NCBI GenBank assembly: GCA_963767735.1
Contig: CAVYES010000005.1
Span: 224,001-288,000, forward strand
DNA from: Candidatus Bathyarchaeota archaeon
GTDB taxonomy: Archaea > Thermoproteota > Bathyarchaeia > Bathyarchaeales > Bathycorpusculaceae
DNA length: 64,000 nt
Reading direction: 5' to 3'
Under the pieces are notes generated by a model. It was not told the DNA's origin. It searched no databases and saw nothing but the letters and a program-made list of their open reading frames with translations. Both the position numbers and the translations under genes were made by a program. Positions 19,685 through 29,723 of this stretch are shown in pieces (the stretch's first letter is position 1; each line of letters opens with the position of its first letter).

Positions 19685-20383
19685 ATGTCATTGATACCAA
19701 CAATATCCAATCCGTTTCTAGGAGCGTTCGCTGGCGGCTTACTGTATGGATTGGCTGTTTGCACAGCAGCGTGTGTGCCTTACATCGCAAGTTACATTGC
19801 AGGCATCGGTGCAGGGTTCCGCAAAGGGATTGCTGTAACAATGATTTTTAATTCCGGGCGGATAGCAGCTTACGCCTTAATCGGCTGTTTGGTCGGTTTA
19901 TTTAGCGGCTTGTTCAGGTTGGCTCTATCTAATACCGCCATTTCGCCATTTCAAATTTATTCCTCAATTACCTTCAGCATCGTGACTATGATTATTGGCG
20001 TTAGCGTTCTTCTAAAGTTAAGATCACCCTGCGAGTGCAACCTACCAAAGAGCAAAACCTCGGTTACTCAGGGAACAACAGGTAGGTTTGGGTTTGATTT
20101 TGGCGCTTTTTCGCTTGGTTTAAGCAGAGGACTAATCTTATGTCCACCGTTAGTGGCGCTTTTAATTTATTCGCTGCCTTTCTCAACTCCATTGGGCAGT
20201 GTGGGGTTAGCTGTCTTGTTTGGTTTAGGAACCGCATTGTCCCCGATGTTGCTGCTTGGAGGAGCTACCGGTTGGCTTCTTAACAAAGCCCCATTGTTGC
20301 GGAAATGGATTTCAATTGGGGGCGCGGGGATTCTAATAGCGCTTGGAATTGCCGAATTAATAAATGCCATAATCAAAATATAA
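19685..20383 (+). CDS. TauE/SafE-like / DsbD_2 membrane protein
   Basis: CTAACVP, FNSGRIAAY, GLILCPPL and FGLGT motifs. Confidence 0.8.
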   Translation: MSLIPTISNPFLGAFAGGLLYGLAVCTAACVPYIASYIAGIGAGFRKGIAVTMIFNSGRIAAYALIGCLVGLFSGLFRLALSNTAISPFQIYSSITFSIVTMIIGVSVLLKLRSPCECNLPKSKTSVTQGTTGRFGFDFGAFSLGLSRGLILCPPLVALLIYSLPFSTPLGSVGLAVLFGLGTALSPMLLLGGATGWLLNKAPLLRKWISIGGAGILIALGIAELINAIIKI

Positions 20384-20449
20384 TAAATAGTCAAAATGGT
20401 AAAAAAGAAATGGCTTATAATCAAGCAAGAAGTCATTAATTTTACGAAT

Positions 20450-21667
20450 TTATTGTTGTTCCAACCAGTTTCTTGATTTCATCATTGTTTTTTCTGCAAA
20501 CTTTATTTCCAATGCGCCTTCATAGGGGCATTCTTCAACACATCGCGCGCAGAGTATACATCTGGATTCAGTTACGTCGCCGCCTTTCTTCTCGTACACA
20601 TCTGTTGCTTGGGTTGGGCAAACACGTTTGCAAACTCCGCATTTGGTGCATTTTTGTTCGTTCTTCTGCAATTTTGTCACGGCGATTTGTTTGAAAGGGG
20701 TGAAAGAACTGAATAGTGCGGTTAATCCGCCTAACGGGCAGATTCTGCACCAGACTCGTCTATAGGCTAAAGCTAAAACGGTGATGGTGCTTAAGACGGC
20801 TAAATTTATGGATGTAATGTAAAATCCTGTCATCCAGAGGGGTCCATAGACTATTTTCGAGACGTATGACCACTTCATTTCGCCCAAAGCGCACTCGATT
20901 AATATGCAAAGAGGTCTCATTGGACAAACCAAACAGAAAGGCTCGTTGAGGTTACCCACGATGCCCGCTTCGGTTCCCTCTAGTCCACCCGGAGTGGTGC
21001 CTGGAATAAGGTGGACGCCGAAAATGGCGTATGAAGCAAAGATGACGCTGAGAATTAAAAAAATCGCGATTATAACGTATCGTGATTGTTTGAGTGCCGC
21101 ATTTGTTTTTTCGGAAAAGTGCAGATGCCGCAACCGTGTGGTTTTGCGGATTCGTGTTAACACGTCCATGTATAGGCCAAATGGGCATAGCCAACCGCAG
21201 AAGAACCTTCCCAAAATAATAGCCGCCACAGCCACTAAGCCTATGACTATTCCTATCTTTTCCAAACCTGAGGTAGAGTATAGTACGTCATAGCCTCTTG
21301 AATAATTCCAAAATGGAAAAATGTAAGCTTGAAGTTGCCAAAGTGGACATGTAACGGTTCGCCCATTAGGGTAATAACATGCTAAAACAGGAACAGATAA
21401 GCCGTCTGGAAACTGGTTTCCCAATATATTTGATCCAAGTAGCAGGCTGCGTGGCGAAGGTCCCAAAGGCAGGAATAATTGTTCATTAAAGGGACCCAAG
21501 ATAAGCCCCATGAATATTGCAACGGCAGCGTCTATTTGAATAAAAAGCCTCAGGGAACTGACTTTGCTAGTTTTGTCTTTAGCCAGCCTCAGGATAAGGT
21601 AGATTCCAACCAGTATTATTATTGCGAATACGGGCAATGCGATGTTACTGGGAATTTCCCACGGCAT
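20450..21667 (-). CDS. Membrane-bound 4Fe-4S protein (NapH/MauN-like)
   Basis: GRFFCGWLCPFG, WCRICPLG and two CxxCxxCxxxCP motifs. Confidence 0.9.
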   Translation of the reverse strand: MPWEIPSNIALPVFAIIILVGIYLILRLAKDKTSKVSSLRLFIQIDAAVAIFMGLILGPFNEQLFLPLGPSPRSLLLGSNILGNQFPDGLSVPVLACYYPNGRTVTCPLWQLQAYIFPFWNYSRGYDVLYSTSGLEKIGIVIGLVAVAAIILGRFFCGWLCPFGLYMDVLTRIRKTTRLRHLHFSEKTNAALKQSRYVIIAIFLILSVIFASYAIFGVHLIPGTTPGGLEGTEAGIVGNLNEPFCLVCPMRPLCILIECALGEMKWSYVSKIVYGPLWMTGFYITSINLAVLSTITVLALAYRRVWCRICPLGGLTALFSSFTPFKQIAVTKLQKNEQKCTKCGVCKRVCPTQATDVYEKKGGDVTESRCILCARCVEECPYEGALEIKFAEKTMMKSRNWLEQQ

Positions 21668-21710
21668 CTTTGCGCTCCCTGCTACTTACATGTGCTCAGC
21701 TTCATATTAG

Positions 21711-22415
21711 CTAAACACTTTTCACCAACTCATCTTTGCTCGAATGCTTTCTGTTCATCACTTTAATTACAACGGCGATGGTGACTGTGGCAATCACTCC
21801 TAACGCTGTTATGATTGCTATTGAATGTTGCTGGTAGAAGGGTAAATTTGAAGGCGCGATATTTCCAAAGTCAAAGCGGATTACGCTTATGTTGCCAGTT
21901 GCACCAGTAATAACTAATGTTCCATCATGCGAAATACTCCAACCATCACCCTCACTAATCACGGCGCCATTGAAACTAACAGTCCATTCATATCCTTCTC
22001 CTGCGGAGCCTGAGCCAAGACCAAGGTTTAGAATCTGAGTACCTTTGCCTTCAGCGATGTAACTTAACCGAACGTTTGGAAACGCCGCATTGTTGGTTGC
22101 TACATAAGAGAGAATTGTTACGTTTGAGTTTTGGGTTGAAATCTCAAAGTTTTCAAGAGGTTGCGATCCCGTTAGGCGCAAATTAGTGAAAGCCCAAGTG
22201 TTATTTTCAAATGTTGCGTTGGAGTAGGTTCCATTTACTGCAAAACCGATACTGCCATCATACGCAGGAACACTGAATTTGTCGGCAGGGTTAATGGCTG
22301 TGTTAGTTTGCGCTTGAATATTGGGGCAGATCATTAGAAAGGTAAATACGATGACAATTATGGCCATTACCGTTGAGCTTTTATTGTTATTAATTGCCAC
22401 AAAGCCACACGCCAT
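21711..22415 (-). CDS. Secreted/surface protein with C-terminal TM anchor
   Basis: Signal peptide, Asn/Thr-rich beta region, TM segment plus basic tail. Confidence 0.7.
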   Translation of the reverse strand: MACGFVAINNNKSSTVMAIIVIVFTFLMICPNIQAQTNTAINPADKFSVPAYDGSIGFAVNGTYSNATFENNTWAFTNLRLTGSQPLENFEISTQNSNVTILSYVATNNAAFPNVRLSYIAEGKGTQILNLGLGSGSAGEGYEWTVSFNGAVISEGDGWSISHDGTLVITGATGNISVIRFDFGNIAPSNLPFYQQHSIAIITALGVIATVTIAVVIKVMNRKHSSKDELVKSV

Positions 22416-22582
22416 GCTTAACTATGCACTTATCAAGTTTGGCTAATAATGCTTTAGGCATTAATTCTTTTTGTTACGTCCCGATCAAGCGTCAAGATTA
22501 GCTTGAAGTTGCATAACGAATAATTGCAAAACAAAGAGCTAATAATTCGGGCTCTTGTTGTTCTGATTTAAAGCATATATTC

Positions 22583-23197
22583 TTGAAGAAACAAGCTAGT
22601 TCCGACGAAAAAATCCGGGAGAATCGAAACATGTCTCATAAGAGAGAAGCATATTCAGCGTCAGGCGCCTTTTTTCTGGATAATCCGATAAGACGGTTGA
22701 TTCAGCCGCCTTCCGAACTAATAGAGAAACTTGCCATTAACCCAGACGATGTTGTAGTGGATTTCGGGTGTGGACCCGGCTATTATACCATAGAACTCGC
22801 AAAAAAAGCCAAAAGAGTGGTGGCGATTGACCTTTCGTCTGAGATGCTTAAGAAAGCCCAACACAAAGCTGAGAAAGCAGGAGTAAAGAACATTCAGTTT
22901 TTGCAAAGTAAGGGCATAAACATTCAACTAGAGGACAGCTCAGTCGACAAGGTTCTTCTTGTAACGGTTTACCATGAAGTAGGCGAAAGTGAAGCCGTTT
23001 TAAAAGAGTTCAACAAGATTCTAAAGCCTGACGGAAAGCTGATAATTGTTGAAGTCATAAAGAAAGGCATCTTTCCCGGCGCTCCAGTTCAAAATCCAGA
23101 AACGCTAAAAAAAGAAATCGAAGCAGGAAATTTCAAGCTTGAACAGATGTTGCCTCAAAAGGGTTACGGCATTTTCTTCTTCACCAAAAAAGCTTGA
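22583..23197 (+). CDS. Class I SAM-dependent methyltransferase
   Basis: VVDFGCGPG, AIDLSSEML and ILKPDG motifs; start may be ATG 22631. Confidence 0.9.
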   Translation: MKKQASSDEKIRENRNMSHKREAYSASGAFFLDNPIRRLIQPPSELIEKLAINPDDVVVDFGCGPGYYTIELAKKAKRVVAIDLSSEMLKKAQHKAEKAGVKNIQFLQSKGINIQLEDSSVDKVLLVTVYHEVGESEAVLKEFNKILKPDGKLIIVEVIKKGIFPGAPVQNPETLKKEIEAGNFKLEQMLPQKGYGIFFFTKKA

Positions 23198-23350
23198 TAG
23201 GTTGGTCTGGCCGCTCTTTCTTCTTTGCTTATGGTTAGGTTGGCTTTTCCTTTTTTTTCACCCTATTTACTTCAATGCAACCTCAAAAATAATGTATTTA
23301 TTAGCAGGTTAAAAAATGCGAGGTCGTAAGCGAATAAGCGCGCTGCCCTC

Positions 23351-24436
23351 TCAGAGGCCGAAACTGTTGATTATTCTGCCCGAGTTGGCATCTATGACAA
23401 GCACAATCTTGTTTCCATGATGGTCATACTTTGCGAACCATACCGGAGCATGAAGCAACTCCACGTCCCCAACATCCGAATCAGTATGCATCGACTGGAT
23501 CATGTGATATTTCGCGTGAGCCTTTTGTGATTGGAGCTGATCTACCAGAGTCTTTGCCTGCATTTTGGCAACGTCTTCGCTTATGTCTCCGTTGAGGATC
23601 TTAACGCCCTTGGGTAGCTTGGAAATGTCAAATAATGCTCTGCCCTCAAGATTAAATTGGTAGTCCTTAGGCTGATAATCCGTTAGAGCTTTCAGCGCAA
23701 TCACAGGAAAGTTATAGTTCTCATCCATTTGCTCGGTTTTTCTCATTCCGCCTCCCCCCATCCCCATGCCCATGCCAAAAGCCATTATTCTTATCCGCTT
23801 TAACCCGAGAATGCCTGTAAACAGGTTGCTTACTGCAAATTCTCTTTCAAAAGCGCGTCTGCCTCCCATTCCGCCGCCCCTTCTTCCTCCTCCGCCTCCT
23901 CCAAAGCCTCCGCCCATGCCGCCGAATATTACGCCCATCAACGCGGCAGTCGAAGCAGTCTGTGCAACTTGTGCGGTTTCATTTGTTGCGGTGATGCTTG
24001 TGCGTGCAGAGACGCTAACAATCCAGTAAGGCACGTAAGTGAGGCTCATTTCCTCTTGTGTGGAGTCTTCGTGAAGGTGCCTATGCAGAAGACCCTTGTC
24101 CATCATCGGGATAATTATTTTGTTTACGTCGTCAACAGTCGGGACCTTCAATAGAAGCATTGTCTGCTTCTGTATGTTAGTCCAACCTTGTGTTCCCAGA
24201 GTAACTGCGCTGCCACAGTACTCGCAGGTTATAACCATCTCTCCAAATTTGGGCGCGATAGGCGCTCCGCAACTTGGACATTTCAGTGATGCTACTCCAG
24301 AAGGCGCAATAACAGGTCCAGTAGAAGCCGAAGCTACAGCTGGTTTAGGTATAGCATTTACTGTTGTGCTTGCTCCGCACTTCGGACAGAATGCTGCATC
24401 GTCTGGAATTTGAGCGCCACAATTTTGACAAATCAA
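23351..24436 (-). CDS. Double zinc-ribbon protein with Gly/Met-rich low-complexity region
   Basis: CQNCG..CPKCG and CPSCG..CEYCG; GGMGGGFGGGGGGRRGGGMGG tract. Confidence 0.8.
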   Translation of the reverse strand: MICQNCGAQIPDDAAFCPKCGASTTVNAIPKPAVASASTGPVIAPSGVASLKCPSCGAPIAPKFGEMVITCEYCGSAVTLGTQGWTNIQKQTMLLLKVPTVDDVNKIIIPMMDKGLLHRHLHEDSTQEEMSLTYVPYWIVSVSARTSITATNETAQVAQTASTAALMGVIFGGMGGGFGGGGGGRRGGGMGGRRAFEREFAVSNLFTGILGLKRIRIMAFGMGMGMGGGGMRKTEQMDENYNFPVIALKALTDYQPKDYQFNLEGRALFDISKLPKGVKILNGDISEDVAKMQAKTLVDQLQSQKAHAKYHMIQSMHTDSDVGDVELLHAPVWFAKYDHHGNKIVLVIDANSGRIINSFGL

Positions 24437-24600
24437 ATTTTACACCGAATTACTTATTCAAAGTTCAATCTCTTAAATTTTCCTCAAATAACCTCGCTTG
24501 GGGGATTAATAATTTAATATTTCTGCAATTTATCCGAACTTGCTTTTGATAGACCTTTAGGGAAAAAAACTAAATACCCGAATCAGGAATCATACCCCTT

Positions 24601-25290
24601 ATGGCATTTAAAAAGAAAAATAATAACAAAGTCTACGCTGCCATCATCCTTGTAGCCATAATAGCTATTGCCGCAGCTGCGATAGTTTACGTAACCAACC
24701 AACCTGCCCCTTCCCCTAAGCTAATAGTGCCAGGCGTCCATGTAGGCGACACTTTCTATTACAATATAACTGGCTATTGTGATGCCAATCCAGACTCAGT
24801 GGACCCAAATTTCGGAATGTATAATGATACAGCATACTACGAAGTTGCCATAACAGGAGTCACCGGCTCTGTAGTCTATCTTACTTCCGATTGGAAATTA
24901 ACAAATGGAACATTAATTCAGAACTCAGACTGGATCAATTTGGAGAATGGTAACGTTAGTGGCGACTTCTGGGCTATTTACCCTCCAAACCTTACATTAA
25001 ATAACCTGCTTTACCCTCAGGAAGAGAATACTGCACTCATCGTTAACAGCACCACCACTCAAACGTTTGCTGGCTCTACCCGGCCAAGCAATTTCTGGTC
25101 AGGCGATGACGTGCTATATAACACCAACGATCCAACAGGTAGCACACAAGAGTATAACTACATACAAGTCAATTTCGATGCACAAACAGGAATAATGACG
25201 TCCTTAACCAACCTTCAAGAATACAACAACCCGCCATTGGATTTACAAATCACTTGGCAACTTACTAACTCATCACTTTGGGTTGTTTAG
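24601..25290 (+). CDS. Membrane-anchored secreted hypothetical protein
   Basis: Basic N-terminus plus TM segment; many N-x-S/T sequons. Confidence 0.75.
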   Translation: MAFKKKNNNKVYAAIILVAIIAIAAAAIVYVTNQPAPSPKLIVPGVHVGDTFYYNITGYCDANPDSVDPNFGMYNDTAYYEVAITGVTGSVVYLTSDWKLTNGTLIQNSDWINLENGNVSGDFWAIYPPNLTLNNLLYPQEENTALIVNSTTTQTFAGSTRPSNFWSGDDVLYNTNDPTGSTQEYNYIQVNFDAQTGIMTSLTNLQEYNNPPLDLQITWQLTNSSLWVV

Positions 25291-25442
25291 CACTCTCTTC
25301 TTTGTTAATGTCTCAACATATGATTTAACATAGAACTGCGACGTCTTCACTTTCAACATTGTTTTGAGTCTTTTGTACGTTGAAAGTATGCGAAAAAATG
25401 AAATAGACCAGCAATCAACAACATAAAGCAAGAGGCATAAAC

Positions 25443-26210
25443 TTGTCGTTTAAAGCAAAAATGCAAGAAGCAGCCAAAAGCAAGAATTCACCGATCGTTT
25501 TAGCGTTGGATCTTCCCTATGAAGCTCCAGAGAACCGCGGTAAAGTTTTGGTTAAAGCCCAAAAAATCCTCAAAGCAGTTCATCCCTACATTTGCGCTGT
25601 AAAGATAAATCATCATCTTACGCTTCCGCTGGGCACGTTTGATGGTGTGGCGCAGCTTGTGGAGCAAATTCGGGGGCAAGGGTTGCTGGCGATTATGGAT
25701 GCTAAAGTAAACGACATAGGCGCAACCAACCAAGTCATAGCTGACTATTATTACTCTGCGGGTTTTGACGCATTAATCGCAAACCCGTTTGTAGGCTGGG
25801 AAGAAGGCTTAAAGCCGCTCTTCGAAGTTTCACAGCGCCTAAACAAAGGCGTTATACTTCTCTGCTACATGAGCCACAAAGGAGCAAGCGAAGGCTACGG
25901 ACAAACAATAATAGATTCAGAAACAGGTGAAAAAACGTTGCAGTATGTTTCCTTTGCCAAAAAAGCGTTGAAATGGGGCGCTAACGGAGTAGTAGTTGGC
26001 GCTACTTATCCTCAAAAAATAACTGAAATAAAGAAGATTCTTGGGGGAAAAGTACCCATTTACTCGCCGGGTGTTGGTGCTCAGGGTGGAGCTGCGGAAA
26101 CGGCGGTTAAGGCTGGAGCTAGCTACCTTATTGTGGGGCGCGAAATCACTATGGCAGGTGACCCGGCTAAAGCGGCAAGTCAGCTTTGTGACTCAGTAAA
26201 AGGAATTTAG
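25443..26210 (+). CDS. pyrF: Orotidine-5'-phosphate decarboxylase
   Basis: DAKVNDIGAT, VVGAT, SPGVGAQGG and IVGREI motifs. Confidence 0.95.
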   Translation: MSFKAKMQEAAKSKNSPIVLALDLPYEAPENRGKVLVKAQKILKAVHPYICAVKINHHLTLPLGTFDGVAQLVEQIRGQGLLAIMDAKVNDIGATNQVIADYYYSAGFDALIANPFVGWEEGLKPLFEVSQRLNKGVILLCYMSHKGASEGYGQTIIDSETGEKTLQYVSFAKKALKWGANGVVVGATYPQKITEIKKILGGKVPIYSPGVGAQGGAAETAVKAGASYLIVGREITMAGDPAKAASQLCDSVKGI

Positions 26211-26216
26211 ACGGGT

Positions 26217-26372
26217 TTATCTTTGGCGTTTGTTTTCCCAGAGCTCTTTCTTCAGCAAATCACGGACAGAAGAGCGAATCACGCTGCTTCTACTCGGATA
26301 CATGTTAGCTCGGACTAATTCATCTAAACCTTCCAGATAAGCTTCTGGTAACAAAACCGTTACAAGTTTCAC
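26217..26372 (-). CDS. 51-aa ribbon-helix-helix regulator (CdrS/CopG-like), below ORF-track cutoff
   Basis: MKLVTVLLPEAYLEGLDELVRANMYPSRSSVIRSSVRDLLKKELWENKRQR; GTG start with GAGGAGG RBS. Confidence 0.88.
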   Translation of the reverse strand: MKLVTVLLPEAYLEGLDELVRANMYPSRSSVIRSSVRDLLKKELWENKRQR

Positions 26373-26452
26373 TTTGTTTATTCCTCCTCAACTATATCAT
26401 GCTTATAACATGCCCCAAATATAAGAGTTAACCAGCAAAAACCCCAGCTAAA

Positions 26453-27301
26453 TCATAGACTTCTAAGCTGATTTAACGTTCCCAGATATGTGCCATCCAA
26501 AAGGTAAAGCTCAGAATTATCAACATCGACGGCTTCCGAGCGCAACACTGGTCCAATCAATGCTTCGCTACCGATTTCTTTTCTGGGTCTTGTTTCGTTT
26601 ACTGGTCTGCCGCCGAGGAAATCGTTGAAGCTGGGCATTATGAAGATTTCCTTCACCTTCAACCTGATATTATAGTGCTTCTTGAGTGTTTCAGCTACTG
26701 TGCCTTTGATTTTTACGTTGTGCTTCTGCAGCAGAATCTTTGCCAGGGCTTCGGAGTTACAGTTTACCCTCATCCACACTTGTCTTGTAATTTTAAAGCC
26801 TATTGGGTCACGGAATACTACAACGGGGTGCAAATGCCCCATAACCAAAGTTTTGCAGCTAAGCAGGGTAGGCGAGGGCCATTTGTGACCATGAAAAACG
26901 CCTATGTCACCGATTACCGTTCCCGTTGCGGGCAGAAGCCGAACGTTTTCGGGCAATAAAGGTTCAATGTTAGCGTCATGGTTACCCCGTACAATAGCTA
27001 TGTCACCAACGTAGCTTTGCAATTTAGCAAAAAAATCGGGAATATCATGCCACTCACCCATTTCGCTGGAAATAACAGTGTATTTTACGTCACCAAGAAT
27101 AACCAGTTGCTGCGGCTTATATTTGGTGATAATCGCCGTTAGCTTGTTAAGGATTTTTGGCGTTTGGCTTGGAACATGAATGCCTTTTTCTTGAAGCGAG
27201 GTTTCCCAACCGAGGTGCGGGTCAGCGATGAGAAGAGTTATAGTTTTTCCATTTTTTATCAATGCCGCTGGGTGAGGCCAAAGCAAACTCAACATGGACA
27301 T
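26453..27301 (-). CDS. Calcineurin-like metallophosphoesterase
   Basis: ADPHLG, LGD, RGNHD, FHGH and GHLHP motifs. Confidence 0.92.
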   Translation of the reverse strand: MSMLSLLWPHPAALIKNGKTITLLIADPHLGWETSLQEKGIHVPSQTPKILNKLTAIITKYKPQQLVILGDVKYTVISSEMGEWHDIPDFFAKLQSYVGDIAIVRGNHDANIEPLLPENVRLLPATGTVIGDIGVFHGHKWPSPTLLSCKTLVMGHLHPVVVFRDPIGFKITRQVWMRVNCNSEALAKILLQKHNVKIKGTVAETLKKHYNIRLKVKEIFIMPSFNDFLGGRPVNETRPRKEIGSEALIGPVLRSEAVDVDNSELYLLDGTYLGTLNQLRSL

Positions 27302-28125
27302 TTAACCAAGCTTAAGATTTTTTCATGAATCTGCATGTTGCCTGAAGCTATGAAACTTAAAGTTTGTTTGGGATCCAACTCAATGTTTAATGCTTGATTC
27401 TCTGGCGATGTTACTATTCCGCCTGCCTCCTTTATAATGAGAAAGCCTGCCGCTACGTCTGTGGTTCGGAGTTTTCCACGTATGTCAACAAACGCATCCG
27501 TCAACCCATTTGCCACATAGCAGAGTTCAAGTGCGTTGGCGCCGAAATGGCGGATATGTTTTGTTTTGGCGATAAGTTCGGTCAGTTTTGGCGCAATTTC
27601 CTTGACTTTGTAAGTGTTTAAGTCTAAGCCTATCATTGCATCGTCCAACGTGGCCGTTTTTGAAGTCTGTATTTTTTCACCATCCCGATAAGCCCCTTCA
27701 CCCTTAAAGGCGGTGTAAGTTACCTTGTGGTATAGGTCAGAAACCATGCCTGCATAAACGTTTGCAAGCATGCGTTTGTCAGAAACTGCGATTGAGCAAG
27801 CATAGAAGGGTAAACCATGCATAAAATTTGTGCTTCCATCAATAGGATCAACCGTAACAAAGCATTCCTCTGCCGAAGCGCCGAACTTTTTTACCCCTGA
27901 CTCCTCGCTAATCAGCGTAAACGAAACGTGATGCTGCTTTAAGGTTTCAACGATTGCTGTTTCAGCCGCCAAATCCATCGGCTTCATAACGTCTCCACCG
28001 GCGCCCATGCCCAAGTTAGGTTGAGGCTCCCGGATTGTGGCTAAGCATGGCTGAATGCTGGCTCGTACATTGCTCTGGCATTCAAGCAGAATTTTTTGCC
28101 AGCCGTTTGGTTTTTGCGTTTTCAA
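27289..28125 (-). CDS. suhB: Inositol monophosphatase / FBPase (SuhB-like)
   Basis: ISEESG, DPIDGSTNF and DVAAGFLIIKEAGG motifs. Confidence 0.9.
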   Translation of the reverse strand: MKTQKPNGWQKILLECQSNVRASIQPCLATIREPQPNLGMGAGGDVMKPMDLAAETAIVETLKQHHVSFTLISEESGVKKFGASAEECFVTVDPIDGSTNFMHGLPFYACSIAVSDKRMLANVYAGMVSDLYHKVTYTAFKGEGAYRDGEKIQTSKTATLDDAMIGLDLNTYKVKEIAPKLTELIAKTKHIRHFGANALELCYVANGLTDAFVDIRGKLRTTDVAAGFLIIKEAGGIVTSPENQALNIELDPKQTLSFIASGNMQIHEKILSLVKCPC

Positions 28126-28264
28126 TGGAACACCTTCGCGTGTTTTCTAATATGCTGACAAGTTGATAAATGCTATACTTTGTATTTTTATGGGAAGGAC
28201 AAATATGCAGTTAGCCTCAGAAACATTTGACGTGAAAGCAAAGCAGATTATTTGAGCCTAACTC

Positions 28265-28280
28265 CCGAAACGCTTATATT
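28265..28280 (+). promoter_or_regulatory. BRE-TATA promoter of the aromatic operon leader
   Basis: CCGAAACG-CTTATATT about 40 nt upstream of the leader ATG. Confidence 0.65.
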
Positions 28281-28319
28281 TTCTGGATAACGTCCTATTG
28301 AGCAAGGTTCGAAGCTACC

Positions 28320-28403
28320 ATGTCCAATTGCAAAAGCAACAAAGAAAACAACACATCACAGTCACCTAGCTTCGACTACTATTTTTACGGTTATTTTTCT
28401 TAA
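28320..28403 (+). CDS. Putative Phe/Tyr-sensing leader peptide (27 aa)
   Basis: MSNCKSNKENNTSQSPSFDYYFYGYFS; 7 of the last 10 codons are Phe/Tyr; lies between the promoter and the Phe/Tyr operon. Confidence 0.8.
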   Translation: MSNCKSNKENNTSQSPSFDYYFYGYFS

Positions 28404-28441
28404 GCCCAGAACTGAAAAGTTTTTTGAGCAAAGTTCTGGGC
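28404..28441 (+). promoter_or_regulatory. Attenuator-like hairpin directly after the leader stop codon
   Basis: Perfect 10-bp stem GCCCAGAACT/AGTTCTGGGC with an 18-nt loop containing T6. Confidence 0.7.
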
Positions 28442-28459
28442 AAGGCATGGGTGTAAGAG

Positions 28460-29707
28460 ATGGCAAAAAATAATTCTTGCAGAAGAATTGTTGTTAAATT
28501 CGGTGGTTCTAGCTTAGCTGATCATGAGCGTCTCTTAAAAGCGGCGCTTGCGGTTGTAAACGAAGCAAAGGAAGGCACGCAGGTGGCTGTTGTAGTTTCT
28601 GCTATGGGTAAAACCACCGATGCCCTTATGGCGACAGCGAAAAACGCTTCCAATGGGAAACTGGAGAAAAAAGACTTAGACGATATTCTCTCGATGGGTG
28701 AGCGAACCAGCATAAGAATATTTGCTGCTGCGCTAAAGACCAACGGTGCAGAATCCTGCTATTTTGACCCGATAGACAATAACTGGCCAATAATAACTGA
28801 TTCTGCATTCCAAAACGCCAATCCAATCCTGAAAGATTGCGAAAAAAACATACGTGAATGCATACTGCCCATTTTGGAAAAAGGCGTCATACCTGTAGTG
28901 GCAGGGTTTCTTGGCAAAACTAAAGACGGCAAAATCACTACTCTCGGAAGAGGCGGCAGCGATACAACGGCGTTTATTTTAGCTGAAGCATTGAACGCTG
29001 ACGAAATCGTCTTAGTCACCGATGCAGACGGCATAATGTCAGGTGACCCAAAAATCGTCTCCAACCCAGAACGCCTAGAAGAAATCGATGTTAACACAAT
29101 AGTTGGACTTGCCGACTCAGGTGCTAAATTTATTCACAGTAAGGCCTTAAAGTACAAACCAAAAAATATCAACGTTAGAGTAATCAATCATGCACACGGC
29201 AACTTAACTAACGAGGGAACAGTAATCACGGGAGCGTTAGCAAGTGAACTTGACGCGGAAATAGCCCATCCTTTTCCAGTTGCTGAAATAACGGTGGTCG
29301 GAAACGGAATCTCCGCTAATCCGCAAATTATTCAAGAAATGGTGGAAAAAACAAAACAGCACTCCCTGCTTTTGGGCATGTCGATGAATACAAACTCAAT
29401 CTTACTTTACGCTTCTCAAGAAAAGAACTTAGACACTCTCTTCAACGATATTCACGATATCACAAAGCGCAACAAAGAAACCATCGCGATGGCGGTCAAA
29501 AAAGACCTGGTCTTCATAAAAACAAGCGGCGTCGGCTTAGAAGAAACCCACGGCATTATCGGTAAAATCAGCGAAGACCTCAGACTGAACGGCATAAACA
29601 TTTCTGGCATACTAACCATAACATCAAGCATCCTGCTTTTTGTAGATTGGGCTGAACGTGAAAAAGCTCTTAAGCTAATTAAAAACTCATTAAGGACTTC
29701 TAAATAA
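28460..29707 (+). CDS. lysC: Aspartate kinase with ACT domains
   Basis: VVKFGGSSL, VVSAMGKTTD and TTLGRGGSDTTA motifs. Confidence 0.92.
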   Translation: MAKNNSCRRIVVKFGGSSLADHERLLKAALAVVNEAKEGTQVAVVVSAMGKTTDALMATAKNASNGKLEKKDLDDILSMGERTSIRIFAAALKTNGAESCYFDPIDNNWPIITDSAFQNANPILKDCEKNIRECILPILEKGVIPVVAGFLGKTKDGKITTLGRGGSDTTAFILAEALNADEIVLVTDADGIMSGDPKIVSNPERLEEIDVNTIVGLADSGAKFIHSKALKYKPKNINVRVINHAHGNLTNEGTVITGALASELDAEIAHPFPVAEITVVGNGISANPQIIQEMVEKTKQHSLLLGMSMNTNSILLYASQEKNLDTLFNDIHDITKRNKETIAMAVKKDLVFIKTSGVGLEETHGIIGKISEDLRLNGINISGILTITSSILLFVDWAEREKALKLIKNSLRTSK

Positions 29708-29723
29708 CAAAAGGTGACAAAAC

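Noticed and set aside
28414-28423. GAAAAGTTTT shared by both leader regions (also 46140-46131)
   Set aside because: The same 10-mer occurs at 5689-5698 and resembles generic BRE/AT-rich sequence, so it is not specific evidence.
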